From NCBI GenBank assembly GCA_963707505.1, contig CAVPQB010000004.1, positions 1,088,001 to 1,152,000 on the forward strand: a DNA stretch of 64,000 nucleotides. The letters are read 5' to 3'. Shown in pieces: positions 10,304 through 19,690 of this stretch (positions are counted from its first letter, which is position 1; each line of letters starts with the position of its first letter). The notes below the pieces were generated by a model. The model was not told where the DNA came from. It saw nothing but the letters and a program-made list of their open reading frames with translations, and did no database searches. The position numbers were made by a program, and so were the translations under genes. The stretch is from an uncultured Gemmatimonadales bacterium. GTDB taxonomy: Bacteria; Gemmatimonadota; Gemmatimonadetes; Gemmatimonadales; Gemmatimonadaceae.

Positions 10304-10584
10304 TGCCACCGCGCGGAGCCGCCCGGAAGGGCGCATTCTTCTACGGAATGGTCCTTTCAACGGGATTCATCGCGGGCGGCCTGCTGACGCAGGTTGCCCG
10401 GCGCTTCCTGCCGCCGAGCGCGGTCAAGGAATTCTTCACGACAGGGGTGACACCGGCGTTTGGACCCCTGACCGTGGATCTCGTGATCCTCAAATTCGCC
10501 ATCGGACCCGTGGCGGTCGATGTGTCACTTTTGAGTCTGCTTGGTGTACTTCTGGCATATCTGATTGCACGCTCGTTATTTTAG
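10303..10584 (+). CDS. Small membrane protein (DUF4321-like)
   Basis: ATG overlaps the upstream TGA; 93 aa with hydrophobic segments and a PLTVDLVILKF...SLLSLLGVLLAYLI pattern. Confidence 0.65.
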   Translation: MPPRGAARKGAFFYGMVLSTGFIAGGLLTQVARRFLPPSAVKEFFTTGVTPAFGPLTVDLVILKFAIGPVAVDVSLLSLLGVLLAYLIARSLF

Positions 10585-10636
10585 AGCGGCTATATGCATG
10601 GCGTAGGCAGCGAACTTTTTTCCCCGTCAGGGAGTT

Positions 10637-10907
10637 ATGGAAATGCCGCATTTCAGCTTCATGGAACTGGTCATCATCATGGTGGTGATCCTGCTTCTGT
10701 TCGGCGCCAAACGCATTCCTGAGATTGCCGGGCTCCGTCGGCAAGGGAATCAAGGAGTTCAAGAAGGAGATGAACGACATCGAGCGGAACGTGACGAACC
10801 GCGATGCCGGCCCTCCGCCGCGCCTCACCTCTGAAGATTTGCAGCGTCCATCGACGTCTCAGACCACAGAGTCGGAGCCGCAGCGCGAGCCGCGCAGATT
10901 GATCTAG
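10637..10907 (+). CDS. tatA: Twin-arginine translocase TatA (one indel near 10730)
   Basis: ELVIIMVVILLLFGAKRIPEIAG joins SVGKGIKEFKKEM in the next frame; GGAG RBS. Confidence 0.9.
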
Positions 10908-10935
10908 CGCGCGTTAAGAAAGCAGAAAGATTTTG

Positions 10936-10975
10936 AAAAGGGGGATGAGCGGCAATTCGCTCATCCCCCTTTTTT
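10936..10975. terminator. Bidirectional intrinsic terminator between convergent tatA and ppiD
   Basis: AAAAGGGGGATGAGCG-gcaatt-CGCTCATCCCCCTTTTTT perfect 16-bp inverted repeat with A and T tails. Confidence 0.9.
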
Positions 10976-11020
10976 ACGGACCATGTCGTCATCTGCCCGA
11001 CCGTGGTCATCCCCCCATCA

Positions 11021-12853
11021 TCATGAGGACGTACGCCGCATCGCCGCTTCGACTTCCTTGCGGCGGTCCGTGATCTTCGCAGCCGTCTTGAGGTTCGCGA
11101 CGAATTCCTGAATCCGACCCTGTTGCATGGAGTTCAGGTACTGACCACGAAGCTGATCCTTGGCTGCGTCGAAGGTCTTGCGATCTGCATCGACTCGTCG
11201 ATTTACCTCAATCACAAATACCGCCTCGTCCGTCACGATCGGCTCGCTCACCGTACCGACGGGAAGCGCGAACGCCGCACCGACTATCCTCGATGCGTTC
11301 GGTGCGTTGGGGATACCCGAGACGCGCGTGAACGCGTCTGTCTTGACCACCTGCGTGTTCAACAACTGACCAGCCTGCTGGAGTGAGCTGGCCGACGCCG
11401 CGATCGCGAACTTGCGAGCCGGATCGACTTCCTTCTGAACCGCCTTCTTACGCGCGAGCAGCAGCTTGATGTCGCGCTTTGCAGCGTCGAGCGATGGCGT
11501 TCCGCCTGGCGTCAGTGCATCCAGCCGGGCCAGATAATAACCAGCGTCGTCGTCGTACAGATCGCTGCTCTCGCCCACCTTGGCGCCGCCGAAGGCCCAC
11601 GCCGAAACGCTCGGAACCTGCTGGCCATTGTACACGAGCGTCTGGCCCTCCGTCACGTCGGCGGTGTAGGTCTTGAGACCGAGCGCCTTGATCGCTGCGT
11701 CGAACTTGTCCGGCGTTTCGCTGGACGCGGCCATCTTGGCGAGCGTGTCGGCCTTCCGGTCCGTGCGATCCGCATTCGAATCGCTCTGCGCGATCCGCAG
11801 CAGAATGTGGTGCATTGCGAGCGTGTCGCCGTTGCGCGAATCAAGGCGGATGAGATGATACCCGAACTGCGTGAGCACCGGCGGTGAAATCTCCCCGGGC
11901 TTGAGCGCGGCGGCCGCTGTCTCGAATGCAGGAACGAACCGGCCCTTCACACCCTTGCCGAGATCACCGCCCCGAACCGCCGACGCAGAATCCACGGATT
12001 CGGTTTTCGCGACGTCTTCGAACTTCACTGCGCCACTGACGATGCTGTCGCGCAACGCGATCGCGTGATTTCTCACCGCGGCTGAATCGGCCGCAGTGAC
12101 CGTTCGCGGAATCTCCGTGAACGTCACACGCGCGCGGCCGGTGCGCGCCATGTCCTTCTTGTGCTCGTCGTAGTACGCGCGAATCTCCGCATCGGTCACA
12201 GGCGCGGCAGCGACGTCTGCATCACTCGGTACGAACGCCGCGTAGCTGATCGCCGCACTGTCGTGCGCGTCGCGGTAGTTCATCCACAGCGTCGCATCCG
12301 AGATCCAGAGTCCCGACGTTATCTGTTGATACAGTTTCTGTTTTGGAATCGCATCGCGGTAATAGTTCTCGAGCTGCAACAACAGTCCGCTCTGCTTTGC
12401 CGTTGGGCTGGCGAGGAAGCGCTGATACTTCTCGAGATCGAACTGTCCGTTGGTCTGCAGCTCGGGGTCCTGCATCAGCTGCGGCGGCGGACTGTACTTT
12501 GCCGCGTTGGTAAGCTCGTCCACGGAAACAGTGATTCCGCGCCGGCGCATCTCCTGACTCAGCAGTGCGTCGCTCACGAGCTGATCGTAGGCCTGGTTCT
12601 GAATCGCATTACGCTCGTCCAGCGAGATCGATTCGCCGCTCGACGCCGTTCGCTGCTGTTCCAGCTGCGCTGACAGAGCCTGCCAGGTGGTTACGAGGAT
12701 GTCCTGCCCGTTGACAGTCGCCACAGCGGTGGTGGATGTTATCGGGGCACTACCGAAGAGGCCGGAAGATTCGTATAGAAGGAAGCCGCCGATGAATGCG
12801 ACGGTGACGAAAATCCAGATGTATTTTGCGGAACTCCGCATCGATTGTAGCAT
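11021..12853 (-). CDS. ppiD: Membrane-anchored periplasmic PPIase/chaperone (PpiD/SurA-N plus parvulin)
   Basis: MLQSMR plus TM anchor, VATVNGQDI, parvulin motifs GGDLG, FVPAFETAA, TQFGYHLI. Confidence 0.85.
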   Translation of the reverse strand: MLQSMRSSAKYIWIFVTVAFIGGFLLYESSGLFGSAPITSTTAVATVNGQDILVTTWQALSAQLEQQRTASSGESISLDERNAIQNQAYDQLVSDALLSQEMRRRGITVSVDELTNAAKYSPPPQLMQDPELQTNGQFDLEKYQRFLASPTAKQSGLLLQLENYYRDAIPKQKLYQQITSGLWISDATLWMNYRDAHDSAAISYAAFVPSDADVAAAPVTDAEIRAYYDEHKKDMARTGRARVTFTEIPRTVTAADSAAVRNHAIALRDSIVSGAVKFEDVAKTESVDSASAVRGGDLGKGVKGRFVPAFETAAAALKPGEISPPVLTQFGYHLIRLDSRNGDTLAMHHILLRIAQSDSNADRTDRKADTLAKMAASSETPDKFDAAIKALGLKTYTADVTEGQTLVYNGQQVPSVSAWAFGGAKVGESSDLYDDDAGYYLARLDALTPGGTPSLDAAKRDIKLLLARKKAVQKEVDPARKFAIAASASSLQQAGQLLNTQVVKTDAFTRVSGIPNAPNASRIVGAAFALPVGTVSEPIVTDEAVFVIEVNRRVDADRKTFDAAKDQLRGQYLNSMQQGRIQEFVANLKTAAKITDRRKEVEAAMRRTSS

Positions 12854-12959
12854 AGCCCGGTAAGCTGTTCCCCAGAGTGGACAAAATCAAGGTTGGGGAA
12901 GTATCTTCCCCACTTCGCGCCGCAGTCGGCGAAACAAACGTTTCCCCAACGAGAGGACG

Positions 12960-14345
12960 TTGATGGCCGATACGGGCCGGCTGGACGAGCTAAAACACAA
13001 GTTCGACGAGAACCCAAAGCGCTACTTCGCGCCCCTGGCCAACGAGTATCGTAAGGCCGGCGACGCCGAGCTCGCGATCGAACTGTGCAGGACGTACCTG
13101 CCGCAGCAGCCGAATCACATGAGTGGCTATATCGTGTACGGACAGGCGCTCCACGACGCAGGACAGGCCGAAGAGTCCGCCGCTGTCTTCAAGCAGGCGC
13201 TCAGCCTCGACCCCGAGAACATCATCGCGCTCAGGAACCTGGGCGACATCTCCCGAAACGCCGGCGACAATGTCGGCGCCATGCGCTGGTACGGTAAGGT
13301 TCTCGAGCTGGATCCCCGAAACGAAGAAATCTCGGCGTTCCTCACCTCGCTCTCGGCCCCCGGCACCAAGGCGTTCGGACCTCCCGCTACCCAAACATCC
13401 GAGCGGCAGGCCCCGCCAACGATCCGCCCCGAGCCGGCACCCGATGCGTCGGCCGTACGGCTGGAAGACATTTTCTCCCAGCCTGACATGGAACAGACTC
13501 CCTTCTCGGCGGAAGAGCGAGCAGAGCCGGAGCCAATCGAGTTCCAATCCGAACAAACGTTCGAAGAGGTTACCAGCGAACCTTTCCAGGTGACGGAATG
13601 GCCAACGGCGATGGATACGGGGAGCGACCTGGAATCGGACTCCACTCCGGTCATCGAAGGTCCGTGGCATACCCCGCCCGAGGAAGAGTCCGCGGCAGGC
13701 GCAATCCACTGGGCCGACGAGAGTGCCGAGGAACGAACACCGCTTCGTTTCGCCGAGTTCATGCCCGAAGAGGAAGGCGCATTCGCACCGACCGCGGAAG
13801 AGCTGGGGGAAATCGAGCCGGCGGCTGCGTCTAACGCTGCCGCTGCCGCTGACGCCGCGCCGCCAGCCGATGCTGGCCCGGAAACACCGTCTCGCACGGC
13901 CGAAATGCCCGAAGCTGGCCAAGGCGTGGAATCGGCGCCGGAGGCCGCTCAGGCGCAGGATGCGGCGCCGACTGCCGCTGATCGTGGATCGTCTCCGTTC
14001 GTCACCGAGACGATGGCTGAGCTGTATCTCAGCCAGGGGCTGCACGGCGAAGCGCTCGCGATCTATCGTCAGCTCGTCGTTCGCCGCGACGATCCCGCGC
14101 TGCGCCAGAAGATCGCCGAGTTGGAGGCTGCTCCCGCGCAACCGCCCGGCCGTGAAACGGTGCGCGCGTTCTTCGCACGGATCGGGGCACGCCGGCCCAA
14201 CGAAAAAGTCGAGATCGCTGCCCAGCACGGATCATCGCTCGCGGCACTTTTCGGATCTGCTGAGCAAGATGCAAGCGACGTGAGCGCGGCGCAGCGCCTT
14301 TCGGGTGCGTTCGGCAATCCGCAGTCCGCCGCTTCGCACTCCTGA
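12960..14345 (+). CDS. TPR protein with acidic linker
   Basis: RYFAPLANEYRKAG N-terminal TPRs; E/P/A-rich linker; FVTETMAELYLSQG motif. Confidence 0.8.
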   Translation: MMADTGRLDELKHKFDENPKRYFAPLANEYRKAGDAELAIELCRTYLPQQPNHMSGYIVYGQALHDAGQAEESAAVFKQALSLDPENIIALRNLGDISRNAGDNVGAMRWYGKVLELDPRNEEISAFLTSLSAPGTKAFGPPATQTSERQAPPTIRPEPAPDASAVRLEDIFSQPDMEQTPFSAEERAEPEPIEFQSEQTFEEVTSEPFQVTEWPTAMDTGSDLESDSTPVIEGPWHTPPEEESAAGAIHWADESAEERTPLRFAEFMPEEEGAFAPTAEELGEIEPAAASNAAAAADAAPPADAGPETPSRTAEMPEAGQGVESAPEAAQAQDAAPTAADRGSSPFVTETMAELYLSQGLHGEALAIYRQLVVRRDDPALRQKIAELEAAPAQPPGRETVRAFFARIGARRPNEKVEIAAQHGSSLAALFGSAEQDASDVSAAQRLSGAFGNPQSAASHS

Positions 14346-14352
14346 CGCGACG

Positions 14353-14802
14353 GTGGGTACTCTGCGTGTCGCGGTCATCAACGGCCCGAATCTCAACCTG
14401 CTCGGTGTTCGCGAGCCGGGAATTTACGGAAGCGAGACACTGGCTCAGATCGAGACCAGCCTGAAGAGTGTCGCTGCGGAGCTGGACGCGACACTCGATT
14501 TCTTTCAATCCAACAGCGAGGGCGACCTCGTAACCGCGGTGCAGAAGCTCCGCGGAGCCGCGGACGGTGCGCTCGTCAACGCAGGAGCGTATTCGCATTC
14601 GAGCATCGCGCTGCGCGATGCGTTCGCCGCGGTGTCGGTACCGTTCGTCGAAGTGCACCTCTCCAACGTTCACGCGCGCGAGCCCGAGCGTCATCGCCTC
14701 GTACTTGCGGGCACCGCGATCGGTGTCGTGTGCGGCCTGGGCAGTTACGGCTACGAGGCGGCACTCCGCGGACTCGTTCGCAATTTGCGAGCGCGCAAGT
14801 AA
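14353..14802 (+). CDS. aroQ: Type II 3-dehydroquinate dehydratase
   Basis: INGPNLNLLGVREPGIYG, FQSNSEG, NAGAYSHSSIALRDA, EVHLSNVHARE. Confidence 0.95.
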   Translation: MGTLRVAVINGPNLNLLGVREPGIYGSETLAQIETSLKSVAAELDATLDFFQSNSEGDLVTAVQKLRGAADGALVNAGAYSHSSIALRDAFAAVSVPFVEVHLSNVHAREPERHRLVLAGTAIGVVCGLGSYGYEAALRGLVRNLRARK

Positions 14803-15899
14803 TGCCGGATCGTCGTAGTGCTCGCGCCGCGCGACTGGTGGACGCGTTGACGGAGCATCATCTCGATGCGCTGCTCGTCACGGGCCGCGCCAACATCCGC
14901 TACATCACGGGATTTTCAGGATCGACCGCCTTACTCCTGATGACGGCGCGGGACAGCGTTCTCATCACGGATTTCAGGTATCAGACGCAGGTAGGTGCTG
15001 AAGTCGGCGATCTCGTGCGCGTGCGTGTGGAGGCGACGAGTCTCTGGGACGGACTGTGGGCCGAGCTCGGACAGTTCCCCGGGCGCGCGGTAATCGGCTT
15101 CGGATCTGCGCACGTCACCCATCGCGAGTTTCAGCGTTTTCTGGACGATGCCGCCGGTGCGCGCTGGCAATGGCGACCTCAGGGCGACATCGTCGAGGCC
15201 ATGCGCGAATCCAAGGACGATGGCGAAGTTGCGCTCATCGAACACGCTGCCGGAATGGCGACGCGTGCGCTTTCGAAGACGTTGCAGCAGGTCCGCGCCG
15301 GAATCACCGAGTTGGAGGTTGCGGGGATTCTCGAGAAGGCACTGCGCGATGAAGGAAGCGAGGCGCATCCATTCGAGACGATCGTGGCCTCGGGCCCTCG
15401 CTCGGCGCTGCCGCATGCGCGCGCGAGCAGGCGCGTGATCGAGCGCGGCGATCTGCTGTTGCTTGACTTCGGCGCCGAATACGGAGGTTACTGCTCCGAC
15501 GTCACGAGAACCGTCGTCGTCGGGCGAGCAACCGACGAGGTGCGCGGGCTGTACGATATCGTCCGCGTCGCCAACGAGCGTGCGGCCCGGGCCGTGCATG
15601 CCGGAATGACCGGTTCCGATGCCGATGCGGTTGCACGCGATTATATATCTGCCGCTGGCTTCGGCGGCGATTTCGGGCATTCGCTCGGCCATGGCATCGG
15701 CCTCGAAGTGCACGAGGCCCCACGGCTGGCACGTACTGCTGCCGCGAAACTCCCGGCCGATACGGTCGTCACCATTGAGCCGGGCATCTACCGTCCGGAG
15801 TGGGGCGGCGTTCGGATCGAGGATGACGTTTATCTCAGCGCGGATGGACCGCGCATGCTCACCGATTTTACCCACGAACTGCTGGAGCTGTCCGCGTGA
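14802..15899 (+). CDS. pepQ: Xaa-Pro aminopeptidase/dipeptidase (M24B)
   Basis: NIRYITGFSGS, TDFRY, PHA, DFGA..GYCSDVTRT, HSLGHGIGLEVHEAP, TIEPGIY, GVRIED. Confidence 0.9.
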   Translation: MPDRRSARAARLVDALTEHHLDALLVTGRANIRYITGFSGSTALLLMTARDSVLITDFRYQTQVGAEVGDLVRVRVEATSLWDGLWAELGQFPGRAVIGFGSAHVTHREFQRFLDDAAGARWQWRPQGDIVEAMRESKDDGEVALIEHAAGMATRALSKTLQQVRAGITELEVAGILEKALRDEGSEAHPFETIVASGPRSALPHARASRRVIERGDLLLLDFGAEYGGYCSDVTRTVVVGRATDEVRGLYDIVRVANERAARAVHAGMTGSDADAVARDYISAAGFGGDFGHSLGHGIGLEVHEAPRLARTAAAKLPADTVVTIEPGIYRPEWGGVRIEDDVYLSADGPRMLTDFTHELLELSA

Positions 15900-16391
15900 T
15901 TGATCTGCGCTATGTCAAGAAGCTGGTCGAGATGCTGGACGAGTCCACTGTCGACTCGATCGAGATCTCGACAGAAAAGGGGATGAAGATACGAATCTCC
16001 AAGACACCGCAGCAGCGCGGCGGTGTATCCGTCGCCCAGCCAATGGCAATGCCTGTGGCAGCGGTACCGCAACCCGCGCTGTCCGCTCCAGTTGCTCCGA
16101 GCGCCGAGAGCGTGGCAGCAGCGCGCGCGGATGAGGCGCGCGCGGGCTACCTCGAAGTCAAGTCACCGATGGTCGGCACCTATTACTCGTCGCCGGAGCC
16201 GGGCGCGAAGCAGTATGTCGAACGTCGGTGAGCGTATCGCCAAGGGCCAGACACTCTGCATCATCGAAGCGATGAAGATCATGAACGAGATCGAGTCGGA
16301 GTTCGATGGCGTCGTGCGCGAGATTCTGGTCGACAACGCTCAGCCGGTGGAGTATGGCCAGGTGCTCTTCCGCATCGACCCCAACGCGTAG
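15896..16391 (+). CDS. accB: Acetyl-CoA carboxylase biotin carboxyl carrier protein (one indel near 16218)
   Basis: [10 protein letters not shown] then [12 protein letters not shown] biotinylation motif in the next frame. Confidence 0.92.
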
Positions 16392-16399
16392 GCGGCACA

Positions 16400-17560
16400 A
16401 TGGGTAGCGCAGAAGCGGGCGGCGCCAGCGAGCGCATCGTCGTTCGACTACAAGGCAATACTGCAGCAGATGGTGCAGCGCAACGCGTCCGATCTCCACC
16501 TCAAGGTCGGCCGTCCGCCGACCCTGCGCATCAACGGCGATCTGGTGCCGATGGAGCTTCCCGCCATCCGATCTGGAGGATGTGCGGCACATCGCCGAGC
16601 AGATCGATGACCGCGCGCCACATGAAGGAGTTCGCCGAGCTCAAGGAGTGCGACTACGCACTCGGCGTTCCAGGCGTCGGGCGCTTTCGCGTCAATGCGT
16701 ATCAGCAACGCGGGACCATCGCGTACGCGTTTCGCGTGGTTCCGTTCCAGGCGCGCACGATCGGAGAGCTGAATCTTCCTCCGGTGGCTGAGAAGATCGC
16801 GATGGCACCACGTGGACTGGTTCTCGTGACGGGAATTACGGGATCAGGGAAATCCACGGCGCTGGCGGCGATGCTGCAACACATCAATCTGAATCGCTTC
16901 GCGAATGTCATCACGATCGAGGATCCGATCGAGTTCCTCCATCGTGACATCAATTCGCATATCAATCAGCGCGAAGTCGGCAACGACACTACGACGTTTG
17001 CGCAGGCGCTCCGTCGCGTGCTTCGTCAGGATCCCGATGTGATTCTGGTGGGTGAGATTCGAGATCTCGAGACGCTCGACACGGCCCTTCAGGCCGCTGA
17101 CACGGGCCATCTGGTGTTCTCGACGCTGCATACGACGGACGCGACACAGACCATCAATCGCATCCTCTCGTTCTATCCACCGAACCAGGCTGCCGAGGTC
17201 CGCTTCATGCTGTCAAGCGCGCTCCAGGCGATCGTGTCTCTGAGACTGGTGCCGCGGAAGGACGGAGCCGGCCGCGTGCCGGCGGCTGAAGTTCTGATCA
17301 ATACACAGGCGGTCCGCGACAACATCCGCGACATCGAGAAATCGCTAAACATCCCGGATCTAATCCGCGAAGGGACGGTTCATTACGGCATGCAGAGTTT
17401 CGACCAGAGTCTCATGTACTGGTACACCAAGGGCGTCATTACCTACGAGGCTGCACTCGGTGCGGCAACGAGCCCGAGCGAATTTGCGCTGAGGGTGCAG
17501 GGAGTCGCCGGAGCGAGCGACACGCACTGGGACGCCTTCACTGAAGCCGGTATTCAGTAG
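16400..17560 (+). CDS. PilT/PilU family type IV pilus retraction ATPase (indels in the first 210 nt)
   Basis: [18 protein letters not shown] in an alternative frame; [63 protein letters not shown]. Confidence 0.9.
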   Translation: MGSAEAGGASERIVVRLQGNTAADGAAQRVRSPPQGRPSADPAHQRRSGADGASRHPIWRMCGTSPSRSMTARHMKEFAELKECDYALGVPGVGRFRVNAYQQRGTIAYAFRVVPFQARTIGELNLPPVAEKIAMAPRGLVLVTGITGSGKSTALAAMLQHINLNRFANVITIEDPIEFLHRDINSHINQREVGNDTTTFAQALRRVLRQDPDVILVGEIRDLETLDTALQAADTGHLVFSTLHTTDATQTINRILSFYPPNQAAEVRFMLSSALQAIVSLRLVPRKDGAGRVPAAEVLINTQAVRDNIRDIEKSLNIPDLIREGTVHYGMQSFDQSLMYWYTKGVITYEAALGAATSPSEFALRVQGVAGASDTHWDAFTEAGIQ

Positions 17561-17562
17561 CG

Positions 17563-18926
17563 GTGTTCAACAAGATTCTCATCGCGAACCGCGGCGAGAT
17601 CGCGCTGCGTGTGATTCGTGCGTGCAGCGAGCTGGGCGTTCAGACGGTTGCCGTCTACTCCGAAGCTGATCGCGAGTCGCTGCACGTGCGCTTCGCCGAC
17701 GACGACGTCTGCATCGGACCGGCGCCTGCACGCGAGTCCTATCTCAACATCCCGAGACTGATCGCTGCGGCCGAGATCACCGGCGCGGACGCGATTCATC
17801 CGGGCTACGGATTCCTTGCCGAGAATGCGGAATTTGCCGAGACCTGCGCGGCGTCCAACATCACATTCATCGGTCCCACTGCGGAGCAGATCCGCGTCAT
17901 GGGCGACAAGGCCTCCGCGCGTCGCGCGATGCAGGAAGTCGGCGTGCCGATCAGTTCCCGGTTCACCGGGCCCTGTCGAGGATGTGGACGAGGCACTCGA
18001 GGTTCGCGGTCGAGATCGGATTCCCCGTCATCATCAAGGCCTCCGCCGGCGGCGGCGGAAAGGGAATGCGCGTCGCGGCCGATCCCGAGGATTTTGCGCG
18101 CGCCTTTCAGCTGGCGCGATCGGAAGCGCTCTCTGCGTTCGGGAACGGTGACGTGTACGTCGAGAAATATCTCGCGCGACCGCGTCACATCGAATTCCAG
18201 ATCATGGGTGACTCGCACGGCAACGTGATTCACCTCGGGCGAGCGCGATTGCTCGGTGCAGCGCCGGCACCAGAAGCTGATCGAGGAAGCGCCGAGTCCC
18301 GCCATGACGCCGGACCTGCGCACTGGCGATGGGCGAGGCTGCGGTGCGCGGCGCCAAGGCGATCAACTACGTCGGCGCTGGCACCATCGAGATGCTGTTG
18401 AACGAGGACGACTCGTTCTACTTCATGGAGATGAACACCCGCATTCAGGTCGAGCATCCGGTGACCGAGATGCTCACGGGCGTCGATCTCGTCAAGGAAC
18501 AGATACGGGTTGCGGCAGGCGAGCGGCTCAGCATTACGCGAGATGCCTCCGCTGCGCGGCCACGTGATCGAATGCCGCGTGAACGCCGAAGATCCCGCCC
18601 GCAATTTTCAGCCGTCGCCGGGCCGGATCGACGTATTCCATCCGCCGGGCGGCCCGGGTGTGCGGCTCGACACGCACGTGTACACGGGCTACAGCGTGCC
18701 GCCGTACTACGATTCGCTGCTCGCCAAGCTGATTTGCCAGGGCCGCGACCGCGACGAGGCTATCCGGCGCATGCAGATCGCGCTGGAGAGCTTCATCGTC
18801 GAAGGCGTTACGACTACGATACCATTCCTTGCGCGCGTGATGCACAACGCCGATTTTCAGGCGGGCAAGATCGACACCAAGTTCCTCGAGCGCGAGGGTG
18901 CCGCGCTCATCGCGGAGCTCACCTAG
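17563..18926 (+). CDS. accC: Acetyl-CoA carboxylase biotin carboxylase (several indels)
   Basis: [75 protein letters not shown] spread over three frames. Confidence 0.93.
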
Positions 18927-18937
18927 GACACAAGACA

Positions 18938-19689
18938 TTGCGGTTGGATGTATATCTTACGGCCGACGAGCTCGCGGAGACCGATCGCTCAGGCCGCGTC
19001 ATTGCCGTGATCGACGTTCTGCGAGCCTCGACCACTATCGTCACGGCACTCGCCAACGGCGCGCGTGCTGTGGTCCCGTTCGAGGATGCCGATGAGCTGA
19101 TCGACGCGCGCCCGGCAGTTCGAGCGCGGCGACGTTCGTCTTGCCGGCGAGCGCAAGATGCTGCCCATCGATGGCTTCGACATGGGCAACTCGCCGGCCG
19201 CAGTTCACGTCGGCAGCAGTCGGGGGACGACGGTGCTGCTCACCACGACCAACGGCACGCGCGCGCTGCTAGCGGCGCAGGGCGCCGCGCGACGTGGTCG
19301 TCGCGTCGTACGTGAATCTCTCCGCCGTGACGGCCATGCTGCGCACCGCGCTGCGCGGCGGCACCGACGTCGTCGATCGCGTGCGCGGGACAGGACGGAC
19401 ATTACGCGCTCGAAGACGCCGCATGCGCCGGCCGATTCGTCCGCACAGTCGACCAAGCGTCTGTCAGGCATAGCGATGAACGACGCAGCGCATTCGTGCG
19501 CGCTGCTCGCGCGAAGCTACGGCGACGAGATCGGATCGGTCTTCCTGGATTCGTCGCACGGACGTGCACTCGTCGCAGGCGGGATTCCATGACGACCTCG
19601 CGCTCTGCGCGGCCGTCGACGCATATCCGATCGTGCCAGTATTTACGGAGCGTCAGATCACCAGGCTCGGCACCGACCGGGAGCGATGA
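18938..19689 (+). CDS. comB: 2-phosphosulfolactate phosphatase family protein (several indels)
   Basis: [42 protein letters not shown] across frames. Confidence 0.8.
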
Positions 19690-19690
19690 C

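Noticed and set aside
9874..10584. Prenyl synthase C-terminus fused to a membrane domain (236-aa ORF)
   Set aside because: Product of two indels; the DUF4321-like gene has its own ATG at 10303 overlapping the true stop
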